Source of the DNA: Basidiobolus meristosporus CBS 931.73
Taxonomy: Eukaryota > Fungi > Basidiobolomycota
NCBI GenBank assembly: GCA_002104905.1
Contig: MCFE01000209.1
Coordinates: forward strand, 63,891 to 127,890
Direction: 5' to 3'
DNA length: 64,000 bases
A program made the position numbers and the translations under genes. Numbering within the stretch: the first letter of the stretch is position 1; every line of letters begins with the position of its first letter. The notes under the pieces are model-generated. The model was not told the origin of the DNA and did not search any database. It saw only the letters and a program-made list of their open reading frames with translations. Below are positions 40,501-50,900 of this stretch, piece after piece.

Positions 40501-43372
40501 AGAGACATGGATCATGCCATCAACACAGGAAAGAGCCTGCCAGTGAGTAAGACACCTTGTAGAAGGAGTCCATTGGTGCTGGAAGAGATGAAGAGACAAA
40601 TAGATCAGTTATTGGAGCAAGGATATATCAGACCCAGCAGGTTACCTTTGGCAGCACCAGTACTTTTTGTGAAAAAGAAGGAAGGAATACTTAGGATGTT
40701 CATTGGCCACAGAGCCCTCAATATGGCTACTGTTAAGAATAAGTACCCTATGCCTTGGATTGATGAGCTTTTGGACCAACTCAATGGAGCTACCATATTC
40801 AGCAAGATTGACCTTATGTCAGGATTCAATCAGATTAGGGTGAAACCAGAAGACATCCCTAAGACAGCATTCAGGACCAGATATCAACATTACAAGTACC
40901 TAGTCATGAGATTACATATAAAGCAAGACAGAAGAAGATCACTTGGTGCTCATTGAAAAGGTCTTGAAGAAGCCAAGAGTGAACAAGCTATATGGCAAGC
41001 TAGCAAATTGTGAGTTCTTGAAGGAACACATTGAATAACTAGGACACATAGTGACTAGCACACAAGTGACCTTACACCCCAAGAAGGCTGAAGTCATTAA
41101 AAATCTGAAGCAGCCCCATAGCGCATCAGAACTCAGAATATTCCTTGGAATGGTTTTCTGGTATTGAAGATTTCTCAATTCCTTTGCAAGTATTGCAGCC
41201 CCTTTAACTGATATTCTCAAGAGAGACAGCACCATGATGTGGGACATAGCCTGTGAGACTGCCTTTCATATGCTCAAGAATGAACTTGCTAACCTGCCAA
41301 GCTTAAGAATCCCAGACTTCAGAAAAGAGTTTACTCTATGCACAGATGCTTCATACTGTGCAATTGGTGGAGTACTAAGCCAAGAACATGAGGGAAAGGA
41401 TTACCCAGTTGCTTTTGAGTACAAGAAGTTGAACTCAGCAGGACAGCACTATCCAGTGCATGAGAAGGAGAATCTTGCCATAATACACTGCCTGAGGACC
41501 TGGAGATGCTACATTGAAGGAGTCAAGTGCACTGTGAAGACTGATCACACCTCTCCCAAGTGTATATTCACTCAGAAAGTACTCCCCAGAAGAATGAGTA
41601 GATGGAGTGAATGCCTTCATCAATTTGACCTGAAGATTGTCTACTGCCCTGGGAACAACAACACAATTGCTGATGCCTGATTAAGATTAGACAAGTTGCA
41701 CAACTCATCTTAGCGCATGAACCAGATTGGCCTAGCCTATCACCAAAGTACTTGGAGGACCAAGTCATTCCTAATAAGGTGGATGAAGAGATCAAGAAGA
41801 TAATCCAGGATGAAGCCAGCAAATTTGTGGTACAGGATGAAACACTCTACCAAATTGTTGATGGAAGCCCTGTTGCCTATTGCCCTTATGTTTCTTGCCT
41901 GGATTTAATACATAAGGTACACAATGGATATGGACATCTTGGAATTGAAGGAACCTAAAGCCTTGTGAAAGCCAGAGCATGGTGGCCCAGAATGAAACAT
42001 GACATTGAGAAGCTAGTGAAGACATACTCAAATTGCTAAATCATCCAAGGCCAACCACAGAGAATTGCCAAACTCTTTCCCTTGGAGCCTGTAAGACCAT
42101 TCAAAAGATGGGGAATTGATTTTAATGGAAGACTGCCAACCACCAGGAAATGCAACCGTTGGATCCTAGTAGCAATTAGCCATGCCACTAAATGGCAAGT
42201 GGCTAACACAGTACCTATAGCCAGTGAACAAGAAGTTACAAGTTTTATCTACCATGAGATTCTTATTAGGTTTGGATGCCCTGTAGAGATTTTATCTGAT
42301 AGAGGAGCCAACTATATGGCAAAGACATTGGAAGCTTACCTGGAAATGCAGCAAATCAAACACTTGAAAACCTTGGCATATCACCCTAGAATTAATGGAG
42401 CCACTGATTGGTTTAATGGACTATTTGGAAAAATGCTGACCATGAATGCAAATGGAACAGTCAGTAGATGAGATGAGTATATAGACCAAGCACTTTTTGC
42501 ATACAGAGTTAGAGTACACAACACTACCTAACAATTGCGATTTTACTTGGTGTATGGATGTGAACCAAGGATTCCAGGAGGTCTCACACAACCAAAGCTT
42601 ACAGATGCCTTAGAAGATGAGTGCAATTAGCCAAGTAGCCACCAGCAGCTGGAACAAAGATGTCAAGAGGCACAGGCCAAAGTATCTCAAAGTGCAGAAA
42701 AGATGAAGCAGAGATTTGATAAGACTATATCACTAGAGGCAATCACAGTCAAGAACTTTGTATTGCTGAGAAACATCACTTGGAAGAAGTCTGAGGCACA
42801 ATGGACAGGACCTTTTAATATCATCAGAGTATGTTCATTAGCAACTCATCAACTAGTGGACAAACAAGGCCATATCCAGGAAGGCTTAATTCATAGAGGC
42901 TGACTCAAGCTTGCAAGACTTGTCAACTTTACTAAACCAATAAGATACTGGTGTCAAAAGAAAAGAAATTCAGGGGAGCCCTCTCAACTTCGGTACGGGA
43001 GAATGTTATGATCTACAACTTGACTGTTTAAGTTAGGTCTGTTTTTAGTCAAATCAATTAGTTAAAGGTTTAGGTTATCAATATATCAGTGTTATCTAAC
43101 AAATTGGTAGCATTAGTTAGCAAATGAATCAGCATATCCCTATCAGACAGAAATAGATATGTTGAGTAGGATCTAATTAGGTGATGATCATGCAATCAAA
43201 TCAGTCATCAGCCATAACCTAACTTATGTAATACTATTAGTCAGCAATTAGTCTAGCAAGATATGTATAAGGAGCTGCTGGCACCTCAATAAAAATCTGT
43301 TTAAGCTTAAGTGAATATAATATTAGCCAAAGTCTCTATTTGGCTACAACACTTATACCAGGACTTGTAACA
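37579..43372 (+). mobile_element. Ty3/gypsy family A element A3, near full length, degenerate
   Basis: 5' LTR 37579-39140 (split by LTR-B), TGGTAGCAG, gag-pol fragments (39883-42903), PPT-like GGGAGAA and 3' LTR 43004-43372; no matching TSD. Confidence 0.9.
37858..39048 (+). mobile_element. Solo LTR-B inserted inside the 5' LTR of A3, 4-bp TSD GAAC
   Basis: The host LTR reads ...GGCTGGAAC | insert | GAACCTCAATAAAAATC, whereas the uninterrupted copy at ~26085 reads GGCTGGAACCTCAATAAAAATC. Confidence 0.92.
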
Positions 43373-44235
43373 CTGTAAGAAGTTTCCATCAATGTCATGA
43401 ATGTTGCAGGGGCATTAGTGAGGCCAATATCAATGACTAAGTACTCATAGAGTCTATGTATGGTCCTGAATGCTGTCTTAGGGATGTCTTCTGAGGTCAA
43501 TCTTACTGAATATGGCAGCTTTATTGAGTTGGTTTAAAAGCTGATCAATCAAGGGAATGGGGTACTTAGTCTTCACAGTGATTGAGTCAAGGGCTTTGTA
43601 GTCAATGCACATCCAAAGATTTCCATCTTTCTTTGTCTTGAACAGCACAAGTGCTCCCCAGGGTGACTTGCAGGGCCAGATGTATCTTTGCTCCAACAAT
43701 TGTTCAATTTATATCTTCATGTCTTCAAACTCTATTGGACTCATCCTGTAAGGTGTCTTGCTAACTGGGGGGCAATTCTCTCTGTCAATAGCATGATTGA
43801 GGTCTCTGACTGATGGTAGGCCAACAGGTTCCTTTGGAAGTACAACTGAATATTCTACAAGAGTCTGAACTCTCTGGGGAACTAGAGTAGAGGACTTATC
43901 TTCTGATACTGCCATAAGGAACATCCTTGCACCTTTCCAAAGTGCTATAGAACTGGGTTGTCTTAAGCTCATTTGTTTCTTGCACACTCAAGTTGACCAA
44001 GTTGAAGTCTAGGCTGGCAGGTAGTAGATCATAGGTCTGGATGCCTTTTTGGAACTGAGTGGTATGAGTTCTCCCAGTGATTGATGGATTGCAATTAAAT
44101 GGGCACATTTTTGCAAGTACAAGGTGAAACTTACAGTTTCCAAACATGTAGACCTATAGGTACTATTGATAGTCATAAATCTTCATTTTTACTGGTTGAG
44201 TCATAAGGCCAATTATGTAAGAGTTCCCATCAGCA
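43373..44235 (-). mobile_element. Gypsy family A fragment (protease to RT N-terminus)
   Basis: ORFs 43478-43699 ([17 protein letters not shown]), 43709-43987 and 43896-44147 are homologous to A1 and A3. Confidence 0.8.
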
Positions 44236-45403
44236 GGCAGGTGTACGCAATTGTATAGGTTGGTAAGCAGGAGGCAATAGTTTTTTCAATTTGAACTATA
44301 TGTGGAATACCCAAGGTAGTAGTGGGTAAGCAAATAAAGATGGGTGATTCTACAGTGGAATATATGAATTGCACATGGTGAGGTAGAAAAAGGAAATATC
44401 ATTTGGTAAATTGGTACAGTAGCATTATACAGAACCAGCGGTAGGCCATCATACTGCCAATGTGATGCCATCAGAGTCTTGCTGTGAGGCCGTCAAAATA
44501 CCATCAAGTTTCTTGCCATTTAAGGCAATTGGATGTCCTGGCTGGTTGGATCCACTTAAAATAGTTGTAGAGTGCTAAAAGACTGCAACAATGCCATGCA
44601 ATTATTGTCACAGCACCAATTGAATCTTGTCAAGTTTTATCCCTTTATTTGGTTTTTAAAATTAGCAAAACACTGTGGTGATCCCATCATCAGATTATTA
44701 AGAGGGTCACTAATTCTAAACTGCTGGTATTATGATAGCCTCTTAACAGGATCCTGATGGCTGATCCGGACTGGATCCACCAGTGGGACCAAGTTATTTT
44801 TCATAGGGATATGTTTGCAAGATGTATTTGTCACCAGCTATACAAGGTATATGGCAACTAGGCAAGGTCAGTAAGTAGGAGGCCATAGTTTTTTTTTTGA
44901 CTCAAACTATATCTGAGATATCCAAGGTAGTAGTGGGTAAGAAAATAAAGAGAGGTGATTTTACAGTGGAATATATGAATTGCGCAAGGTGAGGTTGAAA
45001 ATGGAGATACCAGTTGGTAAATTGGTACAGTAGTATTATACAGAACTAGCTGTAGGCCACCAAACTGCAGTAATAGTGCCATCAGTGGCTTGCAATGAGT
45101 CCATCAAAACACTGCCAAGTGTTTTGCCATATAAGGCAGTTGGATGTACAGACCTGTTAGATCCACTCCACTAGCTGTAGAGTGCATTAAAACTGCAATA
45201 ATGCCATGCAACCCTTAGCAAAATACCACCCAAACAATGTCATGTTTTTTAACTTTATTTTGCGGTAAAATTGGCCAACTGCTGTTGTGATCCCATCATA
45301 AGATTGTGTAGAGGGTCATTTATTCCAAGCCGCTGGTATTGTAACAGTCCCCTAATGGGATCTGTTGTGGACCCACCCACAGGACCACATTATTTCTCAT
45401 AGG

Positions 45404-46138
45404 GTACCATGAGTACATTGGAAGCATTGGGAGTCATATGATGACATTGTAAGAATACTTATCAAGAAGTGGATCACCAACACCAAATTAACGTATATAT
45501 AGCTTTTATGCAAGAAGTTTTGCAATGGGACTTGAGCAGCAATACTGCAAGCATAAAGCTGAGCATATATATCTCTGCTATCACTGTATCCATTCTCTAT
45601 TCCATCTTGCTTGGTGCATGGAGAATATTGGGCCTTGCTTCACCATTTGGGAGTTTCCTAGGGAGTAAATGTGAGAGGGGACAGGAAGACAAGTCAAGTT
45701 GCAGGTACTACCATATTGCAACCTTATCAAGAATATTACCTTCAGGTTCATCATGGATGTGGTGAGTTGGCTCATGGGGTAAAGCCATGTAGAGCTAGAA
45801 AATACTGAGGACAGATGTGCACATGGAGACATCTATGTCTTTGACACTCAGAAGCTAAGCTGCCCCAATGCATGGGCAATTAGTTAATTAATGCAAAGTT
45901 GGATTGGGCACAACAAGCAACTAATTTTTATTAGGACAACTTTGCCAAACTATGTTAGATTTCCCTTGGCACAAGCCAATTTCTACACCATCCAGTACAG
46001 AATTACTCAAACAAGAGCCATAGCACATCTATGATGGGGACTAGAATCCAGCAAGCAGAAGGAATATATTAGGTAAATACCAGGAGGTTCCTTGAAGATA
46101 TTCAGGGTGTATTCATGGCAAAAGTGGTGGCAACCAAG
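45404..46138 (+). mobile_element. CACTA/EnSpm-like transposase internal fragment
   Basis: Reads LFHLAWCMENIGPCFTIWEFPRE*M; homologous to 5200-5470 (reverse); no TIRs; flanked by CATAGG on both sides. Confidence 0.6.
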
Positions 46139-46881
46139 CATAGGTTTGCAAGATGTATATCTTTCATCAATACAGGGTATATGGCAACTTTGCAAGTATC
46201 ACACTAAAAAGCCATAAAGCTGAGGTGCTAGAAGTGTGTCAATTGCAGCAGGTGTGTGTATGTAGAGGTTAGTAAGCTGGTGGTCATGATACTTTGATTC
46301 AAAGCATATGTGGAATACTCAAGGTAGTGGTGGGTAAGCAAATATAGAGAGGTGATTCAACAGTGGCAATAAGAATGGTGCAAGAGGAGGTAGAAAAAGA
46401 AAATACCACTTGGTAAATTGGTACTGTAACATTATACAGAACTAGCTGTAGGCTACTGTACTGCTGTTATAATGCCAGTGGAGGTTTGTAATGAGGTCAT
46501 CCAGACACTGTCTAGTTTCTTGCCATATAATACAACTGGATGTATTGGCCAGTTAGGTCTACTCAAATAAATGTGGAGCACATCAAGACCATTAAAATGT
46601 CATTCAATTCTTGTCAAAAGACCACTCAAGCACTGTTAAGTTTTTAACTTTATTTGGCAGTAAGTCAGTAAAACACCATCACAATCCCTTCATTAGATTG
46701 TGTGGAGGGTCAATAATTCCAAGCTGCCAATGTTATGATGGAATCATTGCGGGATCCTGACAGCTGATCTGAGTTGGATCCACCCGCAAGACCAAATCAT
46801 TTTTCATTGGGTGTAAATTGGCCACCCTGCATGATCCTCACCACCAATCCATATTGGATCCAATCAAGGGACCAAATTACT

Positions 46882-47612
46882 AGACTTGTACCATTGGATA
46901 GTGCCACATTGAGCCATGAGTGCCAAATGATGCCATAGTGTGCTAGGGAGGCCAAGTGGGCCTACACTTGGTCACAGAGTGTGCAGCACAGCTCTGCATC
47001 TTCATGCAAAGCAGCCCTGGTGTTTCACTCATTGTGATGGAGAAAATCCATTTGTTGACCTTTTTTTTTAGGTCAATGTTGTAAAGGATGTGTAAGTGCA
47101 CAAAAGGATTGAAGATATGCATCTGGTACTCAATACCCTTGGCACTCTGAATCTAGCTCCTGTGGCTTGTAACATTTCACAAAATGCATGGCACTATCTT
47201 GGTCCACTGGTACTATCTGGCACTATATTTAAATATTAGCCCTAAAGTAAGATCAATACAAAGCACTTATAGTGCCAGATAGTACCAGTGGACCAAGATA
47301 GTGCCATGCATTTTGTGAAATGTTACAAGCCACAGGAGCTAGATTCAGAGTGCCAAGGGTATTGAGTACCAGATGCATATCTTCAATCCTTTTGTGCACT
47401 TACACATCCTTTACAACATTGACCTAAAAAAAAGGTCAAAAAATGGATTTTCTCCATCACAATCAGTGAAACACAGGGGCTGCTTTGCATGAAGATGCAG
47501 ATCTATGTTTCACACTCTGTGGCCAAGTATAGGCTCACTTGGCCTTTTTGGCACACTATGGCATCATTTGGCACTCATGGCTCAATGTGGCACTATCCAA
47601 TGGAACAAGTCT
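46882..47612. mobile_element. 731-bp PHIS-family foldback (hairpin) element
   Basis: Arms 46882-47227 and 47268-47612 are reverse complements around a 40-nt loop; TIR AGACTTGT(A/T)CCATT; TSD ACT/ACT. Confidence 0.92.
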
Positions 47613-47989
47613 ACTGTCATAGGCCAAATTAGTAAGGTTAGTGTATACAGGACTAGCTGTAGACTGCTGCACTGAAATGATAATGCCAGAAGAGGTCTGC
47701 ATAGAGGCTGTCACAACAATGTCAAGCTTCCTATGAGATAAGACAATTTCATGTATTGGCAGGTTTGGTCCACTTTAATAAATGTAAACCACAATGAAAC
47801 TGCATTAATGCCTTGCAAAACCCACAAAAAGACTGTCACAAGACTGACACAATTGCACCATAACATTGTGAAGTGGGTGAAGAAATCCAAGCTGCTGGCA
47901 CTACAATGGGCATATTATTGAATCTGAGTGGATGAGCCACATTGGAGCCACCTGCAAGACCACAGTATTTGTCATAAGGATCTATTAAT

Positions 47990-50900
47990 TGAATTTTTGG
48001 TTACTTCTCTTAAGAGTATCTTTGCTGTAAATGAGTTTAGTCTAAGATATATCTCCTCAGCAGCTGAACATGATTGTTTTATGTCTTAAAATACCTTCCC
48101 AGCATTCTTTGTTATTTTTGCTCTTCAGTATTCAATTGACAGTTTGTCTTTAACATTGAGGCAAACACAGTTAAAGGCAATTTGCTGATTCTTCTGGCAC
48201 TTTAAGACCTCTCCTCCTCACCTGTGGGGGAGCATATTTCTATCTGTTGTAAAAATTTGTAATTCCACCTAGATATTCACCTAACTTAGTCACTTCAATC
48301 AATACCCTAAAATCCTAGAGAATACTGACCAAATCCATTGTTGGGATTTACCTAGAATATTTTCACCAAAATATCAGGTACCCAGAACATGAAGATTCTC
48401 AAAGTTGTCCAAACAGCCCCAAACTTTGCACACATGTTCTTGGGACCTTCCTTAACCTATTATACGTGTTTGTAATGCCAAGACCAGGTAAAAGTATAAA
48501 TACTACTTTTGCATTCAATAAATCATTAAGGGAAAACCACATTATCTACTTGTTCTCCCAATCACTTCCAATATCTCCAAGACTCTTACAACAGGTTATG
48601 AGCCCTGGGCTGTCACTCTCTGCAATGTCTACTACTGCTATTACTGGAATTTTTACCTCTGCTGAAAAGTTGGATGGATCTAACTACCAAGTGTGGAAGG
48701 TGAAGATGAAGTTGCTGCTATAAGAAAGAGGCCTTTGGGATATTGTCATGGGAGAAGAATGCCCTCCTAAGAACATGGGAGAGGAAGCCTTAAAGTACAA
48801 GAAGAAAGAACAAAGTGCCTTTAATTGCATTTGCCTTAATGTTAAGGACAAATTGCTAATTCAATGCTCAGGAGCAAAAACGGCAAAGAATGCCTGGAAG
48901 GCATTAGAAGACACCTACCAGTCATGTTCAGCTGCCAAGAAGATGTATCTGAGACAAAAATTCTTTACTACAAAGATGCTGCCAGGAGAAGAAATGAAAA
49001 ATCTAATTAACATAATTACCCTGCTGGTAGATGAGATGGAATCTGTGGGCATACCAACTACTGATGAGGATGTGATAGTTACCATCCTGAATAGCCTGAC
49101 AGACAAGTTTCAGGGCCTTGTATCAGCCCTAGAGCTCAGAACTGAAGATTTGACCTTAAATTATGTATATGGAAGGCTCCTGGATGAAGAATTAAGAAAA
49201 TCAAGCGCTAATAAGAAGGAAGAAGAAAATGCTTTAATAAGCAATGATAGCCAACAAAGGAGGTACCCAAGACCCTACAAAGGCAACAGCAACCTATTTT
49301 GCAACTACTACAAAAGGAAAGGACACACATCAGACCGGTGTCTCAAAAAGAGAGATTATCAGCAAAAGAAGCCTGAATATGGAAATGTTGCAACAACTGA
49401 AGATATACTATGCATATCTGCACTAAATATGACCACAAACAAGGATTCTCAGATGCGGTATATTGACTCTGGAGCTTCTCAACACTTTACACACCAAAAA
49501 GAACTTTTTACCCAATATGAAGATATTCCAATTAAGAAGGTTTTCATGGGTGACAATAGAACACTTGATGCAGTGGGAGAAGGAACTATCCAAGTAAACC
49601 TAAGAAGCAGTGAAGGAAGTCATACACTGACCTTTAAAGAAGTACTCTATGTACCAGAAATAGCCAAGAACCTACTCTCTGTAAGCAAGGTCACAGCAGA
49701 AGGACTCAGTTTCAGTTTTGACAATTCTGGATGCAGGATCACTGATCAAAATGTTGCCCATATTGCTTTGGGCATCAGAGATCAGAATCTATACAAGTTG
49801 ACTTATATTCCATCATATTTGGTAGCCAATATAAGTAACTAAAATGAAGAAACACCAATGCTTTTGCACAGGAGATTTGGGCACATCAATTTTGATTATT
49901 TGTGCAAAATGATCAAAGATCAGCTAATTTCTGGAGTGAAAATTGATCCCCCAGCTAATTTGGAGCACTGTGAAGCCTGCATTTATGGGAAACAAGCCAG
50001 ACAACCGTTCAAGGGCTCTGGGTCAATCAAAACTAAGAAAAAATTAGATCTAACTCACTCAGATCTGTGTGGACCTATGCAAAATTTATCCTTAGGCAGG
50101 ATGAAGTATTTAATCACTTTTATTGATGATTATACAAGATACACATGGGTCTACTTCATGGAGAGAAAGGAAGAAGCTCTGTCTAAGCTCAGGGAGTTCA
50201 AAGCCATGCTGGAGAGAGAAACTGGTGAAAAAATCAAGAAAATACGCTCTGACAATGGTGGAGAATATACCTCAAAACTCTTCATCCACTTCTGCAAAAT
50301 TCATGGGATAAAGCAAGAGACTACTGTACCATACTCTCCACAGCAAAATGGAGTAGCAGAACGTGCTAACAGATCAATAATTGATATGGCAAGATCTATA
50401 ATCCATGATCAAAAATTATCCTATGATTTTTGGGCGGAATCAGTTGCCACCACTGTATACCTTAAAAATAGGAGTTATAACAGAATACTTTGTGCTTCTA
50501 CTCCACTTGAAGCATGGCATGGATACAGACCAAGTGCAGAACATCTAAGAATATTTGGGTGTACAGCATATGCCAAAAAACTGGCCAGAAATCAGTCAAA
50601 ATTTGAACCAAAAAGTGTAAAATGCGTATTTTTGGGCTACTGCAATGAGAGTAAGGCATACAGACTCTACAATACCAAAGCAAAGAAGCTGATCAAGTCC
50701 AGGGATGTGTTGTTTGATGAAAATTCAAAATTTTCACAAAAAATGACATCAGATGATGACAAAAATCTGATCTCAAGTCCACCAATTGTCAGGATTGAAT
50801 CAGAGCAAAACAATGAAAATTTTTCACTCCAGAGGACTCTACAACCATGGTTCAGCCAGAATCAGTGCCCAGGAATATCCCAGAAGTGATCATTCCAATA

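Larger units (their letters stand above)
44240..47980. repeat. Diverged ~610-bp tandem repeat (three units plus a partial fourth), interrupted by a CACTA fragment and a foldback element
   Basis: Anchor CAAGGTAGT(A/G)GTGGGTAAG near 44311, 44922 and 46319; shared blocks GGTAAATTGGTAC and TTATACAGAAC; a more diverged partial unit at ~47620-47980. Confidence 0.75.
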
